The position numbers were made by a program, and so were the translations under genes. Positions 42,648 to 51,675 of a DNA stretch of 64,000 bases are shown in pieces. The DNA is from Flavobacteriaceae bacterium (GTDB lineage: Bacteria > Bacteroidota > Bacteroidia > Flavobacteriales > Flavobacteriaceae), in NCBI GenBank assembly GCA_018402385.1, contig JAGYJA010000005.1, positions 1 to 64,000 on the forward strand, read 5' to 3'. The stretch's first letter is position 1. The number at the start of each line of letters is the position of its first letter. Below the pieces are notes generated by a model. It did not search any database and was not told where the DNA came from. It worked only from the letters and a program-made list of their open reading frames with translations.

Positions 42648-43106
42648 GTGTTCAGTGTTCAGTGGCAGTGTTCAGTTTTCTATTTTAACTCCAAACTTTT
42701 CTGGGTTTAAAATCATAAAATTTAATAGTTTACGGACTTCTTCACTTTCTGAAGTGAGCTCGTCAAATGTTGTTTTGTCAATATACTCACATTCCAGAGC
42801 AAATTCAAGCCAAACCTGGGTTTCAGAGTTTTCAGCATCGCTATCTGTTAATTTGTACACATAACTTTTATTATAGCTTCACTTTCTATATGCTTCTGCC
42901 AAGTTAGCACAAACACTGCGTGAGCTTCTTCTAATCTGATCGGTTAGTGAATATTTTTCTTCTTTTGGAAAGGACTTAGAAAGATGAAATATTTTCATAG
43001 ATAATTGAAATCCTTTTTTGTAAGCTATCAAATCTTGAAATCTCATAACCTAATTTTTTTTTAACTTATACTTATTTACTGAACACTTCCACTGCCCACT
43101 GATCAC
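42648..43106. mobile_element. IVS-like element: 29-bp imperfect inverted repeats (25/29 match) flanking a four-helix-bundle pseudogene, inserted between hemW start and ruvC stop
   Basis: Left arm 42648-42676 GTGTTCAGTGTTCAGTGGCAGTGTTCAGT. Right arm 43078-43106, reverse complement GTGATCAGTGGGCAGTGGAAGTGTTCAGT. Confidence 0.5.
42672..42998 (-). pseudogene. Four-helix-bundle (23S rRNA intervening-sequence protein family) gene with in-frame TGA
   Basis: N-terminal MKIFHLSKSFPKEEKYSLTDQIRRSSRSVCANLAEAYRK, then TGA, then SYNKSYVYKLTDSDAENSETQVWLEFALECEY...NPEKF in the same frame. Confidence 0.6.
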
Positions 43107-43660
43107 TTTTTCCCAACCCGTCCCTCATTCTGTTTCACAAACGCCCCCCAACCCGTATAACTTTTTTCACCCGTGGTTTTACCCATATTGTAAAAGTGGC
43201 ACACGGCTGCTGCGAGTCCGTCTGTGGAGTCGAGGTTTTTGGGGAGTTCTTTTAGTTCCAAAAGGCTTTGAAGCATTTTGGCGACTTGCTCTTTGCTGGC
43301 GTTTCCGTTGCCGGTGATGGCCATTTTGATTTTTTTTGGGGAATATTCCGTGATGGGGATTTGTCTTGAAAGTCCGGCTGCCATAGCAACGCCTTGAGCC
43401 CTTCCAAGCTTTAACATTGACTGTACATTTTTTCCGAAAAATGGGGCTTCAATGGCGATTTCATCGGGATGGTGTGTGTCAATGAGCTCGATGGTGCGTT
43501 CAAAAATGAGTTTTAACTTGACATAATGGTCGTCATATTTTTTGAGTTGGAGTTCGTTGAGCTGCATAAATTGCATCTTTTTTTTCACCACTTTTACGAG
43601 TCCGAAGCCCATAATGGTGGTTCCGGGGTCGATGCCTAATATAATTTTTTCAGTGTTCAA
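43103..43660 (-). CDS. ruvC: Crossover junction endodeoxyribonuclease RuvC
   Basis: ILGIDPGTTIMGFGLV and conserved RuvC acidic residues. Confidence 0.9.
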   Translation of the reverse strand: MNTEKIILGIDPGTTIMGFGLVKVVKKKMQFMQLNELQLKKYDDHYVKLKLIFERTIELIDTHHPDEIAIEAPFFGKNVQSMLKLGRAQGVAMAAGLSRQIPITEYSPKKIKMAITGNGNASKEQVAKMLQSLLELKELPKNLDSTDGLAAAVCHFYNMGKTTGEKSYTGWGAFVKQNEGRVGKK

Positions 43661-43686
43661 GAAATATAGTACTTTGGTTACTGCTT

Positions 43687-44646
43687 ATGGGTGCCTACAA
43701 ATCTAAACAATATCTGTTTGTTCTGCTAAAAGTTATTGTGGTAATTGCCGCCTTAGGGTTTATTTATTACAAGGTTCATTCTCAGGAGGTTTTTACTTTC
43801 GCAGCTTTTAAGGAATTTTTTCTTTCTTCATCCCTGTTTCAGATACAAAATATCGCACTGCTTGTGTTACTTTACTTTTTAAACTGGTTTTTCGAAATAA
43901 TGAAATGGCAGGTTTTGGCAAGCAAACTGCAAAAAATTTCCATTCCCGAAAGTGCCAAACAGGTATTAACAGCGCATACTTCATCGATATTCACGCCCTT
44001 CAAAATAGGCGAATATGGCGCAAAAACACTCTTTTTCGGTAAAAAACAAGTAAAAAAGGTTCTTTTTTTAAACTTTTTGGGCAATATGGCACAGTTGAGT
44101 ACCACCCTGTTTTTTGGGATCATTGGCCTGTTTTTCTTTATCAAATGGAATTTCACACAATGGTTGGAATTGTATATGCTTGTTTTGGGTATAGGATTCC
44201 TATTTTTTTTTCTTGGAAGGCGCCGAGTTTCCATTGGAGAAATAAAAATAAAAGGATTTTCATTTAAAAAAATCACTGAGTTTATTAAGGGCATCCCGAA
44301 AAGCGACCTAATAAAAATAAGTGGTTTCAGTGTGGCGCGCTATGTGTTTTTCTCGTTTCAGTTTTGTTTTTTGCTATCCTTGTTCACGCCTGTCACCTGG
44401 TTTGAGGTCTTGCCTTTGGTTTTTACGATGTATTTGTTGAGTAGTTTGTTACCGGTGTTGCAGCTTTTTGATTTTGCTATTAAAGGCGGAGTGGCTGTTT
44501 TGATTTTTTCTGCAATTCCTGCACAAATTGTGGTTTCAGTAGCTTTTATAATGTGGTTGTTGAACGCGATGCTTCCGGCATTGGCGGGGTCTTGGTTTGT
44601 GCTTTTGTTTGACACAAAAAAACTTTTAAAACCAGTTACAAAATGA
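43687..44646 (+). CDS. Lysylphosphatidylglycerol-synthase-TM-like (flippase-like) membrane protein
   Basis: 319 aa, ~8 TM segments; overlaps and precedes the GT2 gene, a conserved Flavobacteriia pairing. Confidence 0.5.
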   Translation: MGAYKSKQYLFVLLKVIVVIAALGFIYYKVHSQEVFTFAAFKEFFLSSSLFQIQNIALLVLLYFLNWFFEIMKWQVLASKLQKISIPESAKQVLTAHTSSIFTPFKIGEYGAKTLFFGKKQVKKVLFLNFLGNMAQLSTTLFFGIIGLFFFIKWNFTQWLELYMLVLGIGFLFFFLGRRRVSIGEIKIKGFSFKKITEFIKGIPKSDLIKISGFSVARYVFFSFQFCFLLSLFTPVTWFEVLPLVFTMYLLSSLLPVLQLFDFAIKGGVAVLIFSAIPAQIVVSVAFIMWLLNAMLPALAGSWFVLLFDTKKLLKPVTK

Positions 44647-45770
44647 CCTGGTTTCTCCTTATATCAATTGGTCTGTATGTGGTTTTGATGGGATTGTTTG
44701 GGATTGGGTTCTTTCGGTTAAAAACCTTCGCTGCTCAAAATGGGAAACCCAAAACCAAATTCACATTGATTATCCCTTTTCGGAATGAGGAAGAGAACCT
44801 TCCGGCATTGATGCAATCCATTTCAAAATTGAAATATCCTGAGAAACTTATTGAAATCCTTTTTGTCAATGATGCTTCTGAAGATGCTTCGGTAACGGTC
44901 ATTCAGAAATTTATTTTAAAACGAAAACCTAAAGACTGGTCGCTTATTGATAATGAGCGCAAAAGCAGTTCGCCTAAAAAAGACGCCATCACTCTAGCTA
45001 TTTCCAGAGCAAAACACGATTGGATTTGTACCACTGATGCCGACTGCACACTTTCTGAAAACCTTTTGAAAAACCTTGATACATTCATTCAAAATAACCC
45101 CTCAAAATTGATTGCGGGACCGGTTTTGGCATTGCCTGATAATCGTTTTTTTATCAGTCATTATCAGCTTTTGGAAAGTCTTACACTTGCGGGAGTGACA
45201 ATGGGTGCTTTTGGAATGGGAAAACCTTTGATGTGCAATGGCGCGCATTTGGCTTATAAAAAGGCTGCATTTGAGGCCGTAAATGGATTTGAAGGGAATG
45301 ACCATATCGCCAGCGGTGATGATTTATTTTTATTGGAGAAGATGCAAGCTGCATTTCCCGGAAAAGTTCATTTTTTGAAAAATAAAACTCAGGTTGTTTA
45401 TACAATGGCAGAGAAAAAATGGTCTGCAGTTGTGCAACAACGGGTGCGGTGGGCTGCAAAAACTACGGGATCTAAAAATATATTTAGTAAAGTTACAGGT
45501 GTCGTTGTGCTAGCGGCCAATGTGAGTTTGCTTATTTTATTTTGGATGCTTTTTCAATCTGAAAGCGGTGTATTCTTTTTGATACTTATTATATTGAAAT
45601 GGGGAGCTGATGAGATTTTTCTATATCAAATAAATGCATTTTTTAAGCGTGAAATTCACTGGGTATATTTGCGGTTGATGGCTTTTTTGTATCCTGTTTT
45701 GACTACTTATATAGCTGTAAGGGCTTTATTTGGAAGTTATAAGTGGAAAGGAAGGACGTTTAAAAAATGA
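44643..45770 (+). CDS. Family-2 glycosyltransferase with C-terminal TM region
   Basis: LIIPFRNEEENL...VNDASED GT-A motifs; DxD-like region. Confidence 0.75.
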   Translation: MTWFLLISIGLYVVLMGLFGIGFFRLKTFAAQNGKPKTKFTLIIPFRNEEENLPALMQSISKLKYPEKLIEILFVNDASEDASVTVIQKFILKRKPKDWSLIDNERKSSSPKKDAITLAISRAKHDWICTTDADCTLSENLLKNLDTFIQNNPSKLIAGPVLALPDNRFFISHYQLLESLTLAGVTMGAFGMGKPLMCNGAHLAYKKAAFEAVNGFEGNDHIASGDDLFLLEKMQAAFPGKVHFLKNKTQVVYTMAEKKWSAVVQQRVRWAAKTTGSKNIFSKVTGVVVLAANVSLLILFWMLFQSESGVFFLILIILKWGADEIFLYQINAFFKREIHWVYLRLMAFLYPVLTTYIAVRALFGSYKWKGRTFKK

Positions 45771-45917
45771 TTTTTAAATCAATTTATTTTTTAACTTAGC
45801 TAAAATTATGCCTTATGGGCCCATTCCCCAATTAAGTTGAGGAGGGCAATTAAAATGAAAATTTATTGCCGAACGGCTTAATTTATGCTAAATCAATGGT
45901 TTATTAATTCTTATACT

Positions 45918-46781
45918 ATGAAAGCCCTAAAAAATCTATGCGTCATTTTTGTTTTTCTATTTGCTGCAACCACTTTAGCTCAGGAAAACTACACTGTAAA
46001 TGGAAGTACTTATTCCCTGAAAACCGAAGTGGAAGGTCCCTTGACCTTGCTTTGGAATGTCATTGATAACGAGTACCGTTATTTTGCCAAAAAAGGGAAT
46101 GCTATTGTGGAATTGAAAAATACCCGGATTGATGGTAAATATCAAGAAGAATACAAGCAAACCTTAACTGAATTAACAGTCGATTATCCTGTTGATGCTT
46201 CAAAAACAAACCTGACTTTAGTGGGATTGCGGTCTTATTTTAATAAATACAACAAGTTAGCAGATACAAACTATGTTGAGCGAAGCAGTAGTGTTGACTT
46301 GGAAACCCGTTTGGGTGCTTTTGGGGGCATTTCCAATAACAACTCTACCACAAACCCTGAAAATGTTTTTGCACCTTTATTGGGTGTTGAATATGAAATC
46401 ACAGACAATGTGGTGTTGAAGAGACATGCTATTGTTGTGCAGTTTCGTCATTCCTTTGAAGCTACAGATTATGACTTAACCTTTTCACAATTTGCATTGA
46501 ATTACAGATTTAAGTTTATTCATAATGAACGACTATCTGTTTTCGCGCAAGCGAAATTTTTTACGTTGACCTTTAGTGAACTAGCTGAAGATAATGTAGA
46601 TGGTTTGGAAGAGTTGTCAAAAACCTCTTTGAATGCCCCTATAAGCCTTGGTCTTGGAATGGATTACAAGATTGGCAATGGGTATTTGACATTTGGTTTG
46701 AATGATCTCGTCTCACCAGGTCTTGATACCAATGGCGAGTTTTCAGTAGATGTGACTTTGGGATATAAGTTTGTTTTATAA
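45918..46781 (+). CDS. Hypothetical outer-membrane beta-barrel-like protein
   Basis: Signal peptide (FAATTLAQ), alternating beta pattern, C-terminal ...YKFVL. Start chosen at MKALK; the ORF track begins at 45885. Confidence 0.35.
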   Translation: MKALKNLCVIFVFLFAATTLAQENYTVNGSTYSLKTEVEGPLTLLWNVIDNEYRYFAKKGNAIVELKNTRIDGKYQEEYKQTLTELTVDYPVDASKTNLTLVGLRSYFNKYNKLADTNYVERSSSVDLETRLGAFGGISNNNSTTNPENVFAPLLGVEYEITDNVVLKRHAIVVQFRHSFEATDYDLTFSQFALNYRFKFIHNERLSVFAQAKFFTLTFSELAEDNVDGLEELSKTSLNAPISLGLGMDYKIGNGYLTFGLNDLVSPGLDTNGEFSVDVTLGYKFVL

Positions 46782-46783
46782 AA

Positions 46784-47263
46784 TTACTCGGTTTTTATCA
46801 CCAAAGGCAATACAAACTTAGTACTTACCGGAACACCTCTTTTTAGTGCAGGGGATACTTTGGGCAGTGATGCCATACTTTCATAAAGTTGGTTTTGCAA
46901 ATTTGGGAAGGTATCAAAGGTTAAAGAATCACCTAAAATTTCTGTGATTAGAAATTCGCTGTCTTTTGATATGCTTAAGTGAATTAAAAGGGTATCATCA
47001 ATTAAAACACTGCTTACTAATTCTTGTTTGTGTATAAATTCATTAAAATGATTGTGTAAAGTGGTTTCAAAGCAACTTTGCTGATTGATTTTAGTTTCAC
47101 GCTCATCACAATCTGAAAAAAGTGGGTAGGTGTCCACCTCATTCCAATTGATTGTTTTGAGCTCTTCCACAAGGAACTCATCTGAAGTTTTTTTTTGGTT
47201 TAAAAAGTTGTCACAAGAACTCCAGAGAACCGCAAGAAATAATAAAAAGACACAAGGTTTCAT
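46784..47263 (-). CDS. Hypothetical lipoprotein
   Basis: Lipoprotein signal (LWSSCDN). Confidence 0.35.
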   Translation of the reverse strand: MKPCVFLLFLAVLWSSCDNFLNQKKTSDEFLVEELKTINWNEVDTYPLFSDCDERETKINQQSCFETTLHNHFNEFIHKQELVSSVLIDDTLLIHLSISKDSEFLITEILGDSLTFDTFPNLQNQLYESMASLPKVSPALKRGVPVSTKFVLPLVIKTE

Positions 47264-47362
47264 TTCGTCTGGTATAATGACGAAAATTACAATATTTTAG
47301 GGGAATATAGAAAAACTTTTATGTAACAAAAAAATGTATCTTAGACTTACTTAAAAAAATGT

Positions 47363-47860
47363 ATGGATATTTTATTAGTTAGCATTGGTTTTATTTTAAT
47401 GCTCGTGGGTATTCTGGGAAGTGTGCTTCCTGTTTTACCGGGAGTGCCCATAAGCTGGTTGGGCTTGTTGATGATTTATCTGGCACCTTCAGTGCCTATG
47501 GATTGGGTTTTTTTGAGTATCACGCTGGTATTGGCAATTTTTCTATATGTCTTGGATTATATTATTCCGGCTATTGGAACTAAACGTTTTGGAGGTAGTC
47601 GTTATGGAATGATAGGGGCAACCCTTGGACTTGTTATTGGGATCATTGCCCCCATCCCTTTTGGAATAATTATAGGTCCGTTTGCTGGGGCCTATTTAGG
47701 AGAACTCTTAAGTGTGAAAACCCGGCACAACGCTATGAGGGCTGCTTTTGGTTCGTTTGTGGGGTTTTTGGCCTCTACTTTTATGAAGCTTTTTGCTTCT
47801 TTTGTTTATTTGGGCTTGTTTATCTATAAAGTCTGGGCTTATAGTGATAAACTTTTTTAA
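47363..47860 (+). CDS. DUF456-family membrane protein
   Basis: ILGSVLPVLPGVPISWLGLL opening typical of DUF456; 4 TM segments. Confidence 0.55.
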   Translation: MDILLVSIGFILMLVGILGSVLPVLPGVPISWLGLLMIYLAPSVPMDWVFLSITLVLAIFLYVLDYIIPAIGTKRFGGSRYGMIGATLGLVIGIIAPIPFGIIIGPFAGAYLGELLSVKTRHNAMRAAFGSFVGFLASTFMKLFASFVYLGLFIYKVWAYSDKLF

Positions 47861-48411
47861 AGCCAAATGGTTTTATTCTCTATACTGCTTTTGCGAAATC
47901 CTTCCGGCAACTCCTCCTCATAATACCCCATATAGAAAAATCCGAGACAGGTTTCGCCTGGAGCGAAATCAAAAAATTCGTGCATATGTTTGATCAATCC
48001 CGGCGAACTCCAATAGGCCCCAATGTTCATTTCAGTACACAGCAACCACATATTTTGAACTGCCATAGCAGTGGCTGCAATTTCTTCCCATTCTGGAACT
48101 GATTCTTTGGGATCGCGTTGCATGCAAATCGCGATAATGCAGGCAGCTTTCGTGGGGTTTTCTTTGAGCTTGTCGTATTGAAAATCAGAAAATTTATCAG
48201 TTGTCTCCTTAAATTTTTCAGCTAAAAATTCACCTAATTTTACTAAACTCTTTCCTTGAAGCACTTTAAACCGCCAGGGTTCGGTGCGTTTGTGAGTAGG
48301 AGCCCAGTTGGCTGCTTCCAGAACTTGAAGGATGTTTTCTTTTGAAATGGGTTTTTGGTTGTATTGTGCCGGAAATACTGCACGCCGTTTTTTAATTGTT
48401 TCGAATATCAT
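47857..48411 (-). CDS. Nitroreductase-family protein
   Basis: AANWAPTHKRTEPWRFKV nitroreductase N-terminal motif. Confidence 0.7.
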   Translation of the reverse strand: MIFETIKKRRAVFPAQYNQKPISKENILQVLEAANWAPTHKRTEPWRFKVLQGKSLVKLGEFLAEKFKETTDKFSDFQYDKLKENPTKAACIIAICMQRDPKESVPEWEEIAATAMAVQNMWLLCTEMNIGAYWSSPGLIKHMHEFFDFAPGETCLGFFYMGYYEEELPEGFRKSSIENKTIWL

Positions 48412-48559
48412 CAGAATTGGGTTTTAATTGCTAAAGTTATTAAAAAACAAAAGGAGGAGTTTAAAATAATACTTATTTTTAGTTACAAGAAATTTTCAAA
48501 ACTAACTGATGCTTAAAAGGTTCTTTACTTACACTTTTAACAAAACCACTTAAGACCCA

Positions 48560-49816
48560 ATGAAAGACCACTACATACTCCTGGCAAGTTTGGGTTTTGC
48601 TACCCTTTTAATGGCTTGGCTTCCGTCTATTTCTGAAAAAATTAAAGTGAGTTCACCGGTTATTTTATTGCCCATAGGTATTTTACTTTATTTGGTGGAT
48701 GTTCCTCTGGGTTGGACAGAATTGTTATGGAGTGATAACGCTATGATGATTTTTTCTGAAGCCATCGTGATTATTTCATTAATGGGAGCGGGATTAAAAA
48801 TAGGAAGCAATTATAGTTTCAAAGCCTGGAAGCGGCCGTTGTTATTGATAGCCATCACGATGCCTTTGACGATGCTTTCAGCTTATTTGCTGGGGGTTTA
48901 TTTTTTAACGCTCAGCATACCGGCATCGCTTTTACTGGCTGCTGTTTTAGCTCCCACAGATCCGGTGTTGGCTTCTGATGTGCAATTGGACGACCCGGAC
49001 AGAGAGGATAAACTGAAGGATAAAATCAGATTTTCACTCACTGCAGAAGCGGGCTTAAACGACGGTATGGCCTTCCCATTTACATTTCTTGCGGTTATGG
49101 TTGTTCAGGCCGGCAGTTTTGCTGCTTTTAGTTTTAGTGATTGGTTTTGGGACAAATTGCTTCTTAAAATTGCAATAGGTGTTGCTGTGGGGATTTTGAT
49201 TGGGAGGTTGATTGGCTATGTCCTTACGCACCTAAAGAAATGGAAAGGAATCAAAACCTATGATGGTTTTTTGGCACTCTCTTTAACCTTTGCCGTTTAC
49301 GGGTTAAGTGAGTTGGTTCATGGGTATGGGTTTATAGCAGTGTTTTTTACCGGGTTGAGTATTCGTTATTCTGAAAATGTTAGTGGGAGTTACAAAAAGA
49401 AAATTCACGACTTTAGTCATGAGATTGAAAGGCTCCTAATCGTAGTTTGGATCATTCTTTTTGGAGGAACAATCATGAACGGAATTTTAGAAATGACAGA
49501 CTGGAAAGGCATTCTTTTTAGTGCTGCTTTTGTTTTAATTGTAAGGCCTTTAGCAGGAATGATTGCTTTAATTGGTATCAAAGACTCTATTAAAAACAAA
49601 CTTGCCATCAGTTTTTTAGGAATCAGGGGAGTGGGTACTATATTTTACCTTTCGTGGGCTTTTATGCAAACCGAACTTTTTGAAAATAAATATGAGCTCT
49701 ATTCCATCGCGGCTTATATTATATTGTTCTCCATCGTTTTACACGGAGTTACCGCGCCTTCAATCATTCGGTACTTTAGAAAAAACCCGAAGCGGCATGG
49801 GTTGGATGATGTTTAA
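48560..49816 (+). CDS. Cation:proton antiporter (CPA1 Na+/H+ exchanger family)
   Basis: 418 aa, ~12 TM segments, AGLNDGMAFPF motif. Confidence 0.8.
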   Translation: MKDHYILLASLGFATLLMAWLPSISEKIKVSSPVILLPIGILLYLVDVPLGWTELLWSDNAMMIFSEAIVIISLMGAGLKIGSNYSFKAWKRPLLLIAITMPLTMLSAYLLGVYFLTLSIPASLLLAAVLAPTDPVLASDVQLDDPDREDKLKDKIRFSLTAEAGLNDGMAFPFTFLAVMVVQAGSFAAFSFSDWFWDKLLLKIAIGVAVGILIGRLIGYVLTHLKKWKGIKTYDGFLALSLTFAVYGLSELVHGYGFIAVFFTGLSIRYSENVSGSYKKKIHDFSHEIERLLIVVWIILFGGTIMNGILEMTDWKGILFSAAFVLIVRPLAGMIALIGIKDSIKNKLAISFLGIRGVGTIFYLSWAFMQTELFENKYELYSIAAYIILFSIVLHGVTAPSIIRYFRKNPKRHGLDDV

Positions 49817-49884
49817 AAAGTGGATGTATTCCTAAGTGTACACCTAAAACCATCCAAAACTTACTATTTAGCAATCTGCCTTAA

Positions 49885-49953
49885 AACAAAAAAAGCTCTA
49901 CGCACAAAGGCGAAAAGCTTCTCATCGGCTCTATCCCCAAGTTTACTTGGGGA
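49885..49953 (-). repeat. Degenerate copy A of the tRNA-Asp 3'-flank/terminator module
   Basis: AAACAAAAAAAGCTCTACGCACAAAGGCGAAAAGCTTCTCATCGGCTCTA..CCCCAAGTTTACTTGGGGA, ~90% identical over ~69 nt to copies B and C. Confidence 0.7.
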
Positions 49954-50012
49954 CCTTTCCGCCTTCCTTCGAACAATTGAACCTTTTCATTAACGTTCAC
50001 AAGATTACTTGG

Positions 50013-50032
50013 TGTGACAGGCAGGAATTCTA
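50013..50032 (-). pseudogene. tRNA-Asp remnant (anticodon-arm fragment)
   Basis: GTGACAGGCAGGAATTCTA matches 19/20 nt of the intact tRNA-Asp anticodon-stem/D-arm segment; the rest is unrecognisable. Confidence 0.5.
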
Positions 50033-50296
50033 TTATTTTTTAAGAATGTTTTTAGGCGACTTAATAAGTTGTTGGATTTGAGAATGGCTATATTTTTTTA
50101 AAACTTTTTCTCTTATTAATGCTAGTTTTTTTGTTTCAAGGCATTCAATATATATTAATTCCCAAGGCCCTTTGTTCTTGGTATAGTTGCTCTCGTTTTT
50201 ATTGTGGGAGATTATCCTTTTATATGGGTCTGTTGAATACCCCCTATAATATTTAGAAGAATTTTGACTAAAAATTATGTAAACGTAGTGTTCCAT
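50033..50296 (-). CDS. Small GIY-YIG nuclease-family protein
   Basis: YVYIIFSQNSSKYYRGYS...R...E (GIY-x10-YRG); 87 aa. Confidence 0.7.
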   Translation of the reverse strand: MEHYVYIIFSQNSSKYYRGYSTDPYKRIISHNKNESNYTKNKGPWELIYIECLETKKLALIREKVLKKYSHSQIQQLIKSPKNILKK

Positions 50297-50309
50297 TCGG
50301 AACTAATTT

Positions 50310-50441
50310 AAACAAAAAAAGCTCTACGCACAAAGGCGAAAAGCTTCTCATCGGCTCTACTACAAGCCTTTCCCCAAGTTTACTTGGGGACAACACAACA
50401 TCTTGACGGCTACTGAGCGTAGTCGAAGTATGCGGTCTGGA
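50310..50441 (-). repeat. Copy B of the tRNA-Asp 3'-flank/terminator module plus 9-nt tRNA 3' stub (island distal junction)
   Basis: 131/132 nt identical to copy C except CAAAGG versus AATAAT. Ends in CGGTCTGGA, the reverse complement of tRNA 3' end TCCAGACCG. Confidence 0.8.
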
Positions 50442-50448
50442 AGTTTCT

Positions 50449-50906
50449 GTAGCTGAGATATATTCAGCTAACAGATTTCCTTCTAAATCAAATTGGAGCA
50501 CTGGTTTTTTTCTGTTATCCTCTACTTTGTAATTCAAATACAGTTTAAAACTCCAAAAGAAGTCTTTACAACTTTTGTTTTTTCCCAAACAAGTATTGCT
50601 TATGGTTTTTTTATCTGCATTGACTGCATTGGCTACACTTTCTAGGGAATCATACTCAGAAACTAAGTTTTCATCTAAATCATACTGATAGACTGATTTT
50701 TTGAACCCTCCACCAACATCCCTGTTATATCCTTCTTCCTTACTGTTGTATTTAAAAATATACTCCTTTTCTTTTTCAGCTAAGTTCAAACGATTTTTTA
50801 GTTCTTCTTCAAACTGATGATCTCTGACTTGTTTTAATATATCAGCATAACCTGCTTCATCAACCTTAAAGGCCTTATTACAATTAGGGCGAATAATTTC
50901 ATTCAT
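50449..50906 (-). pseudogene. NUMOD1-repeat DNA-binding protein, 3' end truncated by the island boundary
   Basis: Two NUMOD1-like repeats (VYQYDLDENLVSEYDSLESVANAVNADKKTISNTCLGK; VLQFDLEGNLLAEYIS). The ORF has no stop of its own and reads through repeat copy B to 50268. Confidence 0.45.
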
Positions 50907-51106
50907 TTCATTATCTTTTAGTTAGTTACTTTCAATCTACCACAACATAAAATAATCATCAAGTTCAGCTTATTATAGTTGTTGCTTTCTTGTCTAATTT
51001 TGTTAATTAATAGCCAATCAAATATAAAAACTACAGCTATGATTTATAGTCTAACCTCCGAGTTGTTTTTGGATTAAAAAGTATATTAAATCTAAAAGTT
51101 TTTTCT

Positions 51107-51547
51107 TCAATCGATAATCATTAGAAATTCTTCTGGATGGCTAAGATAGTGGTCTATTTCTTTTAATTGATGAATTTTACTTTTCAGCCCAATGAGCTCA
51201 TGTAAAAACGCATTTTCAGCTTTTAAACTTGAATGATGCATTAGTTGTATGGTATGCATGCCCCTTTTTTCGTAGTGTAAACAAACTGCCTTATTCTCAT
51301 TGATTTTTTCTAAAAAAGCATCAATAGTTCTGGTATTAAACGTGCTTTTAATTGCATTGAATTGTTTTATTAAATGGGCTATGCGCTTTTTTCTTGAGTT
51401 GATGCCTTGTTTAAAATACCATGACTGCCCATCAGGATCTTCAAGCTTTCGTTTTAAGATGGCATACTCCATGAGAAGGCCAGCCAAACTCGAATGGTTT
51501 TGCTTTTTTACAAATAAGGCTTCTAACTTTTTAGCATCTAAAGGCAT
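51107..51547 (-). CDS. Hypothetical protein (island)
   Basis: 146-aa ORF predicted helical; no recognised domain. Confidence 0.3.
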   Translation of the reverse strand: MPLDAKKLEALFVKKQNHSSLAGLLMEYAILKRKLEDPDGQSWYFKQGINSRKKRIAHLIKQFNAIKSTFNTRTIDAFLEKINENKAVCLHYEKRGMHTIQLMHHSSLKAENAFLHELIGLKSKIHQLKEIDHYLSHPEEFLMIID

Positions 51548-51675
51548 GTTTGTGTCGTTTATATTTTACTTGAAAATGTACTACAAAAACATAAAATTGT
51601 AAAAGGTGAGATTAACATATTAAAATTTCGGGTAACAGCGTCTTAATAAAAGCTGCTATAAGTTCAAATACTATT

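Noticed and set aside
42643-42680. Three tandem GTGTTCAGT units that could be read as a mini CRISPR-like or VNTR array.
   Set aside because: The units are too short and lack spacers. They form the left arm of the 29-bp inverted repeat flanking the four-helix-bundle pseudogene. No CRISPR array is present anywhere in the window.
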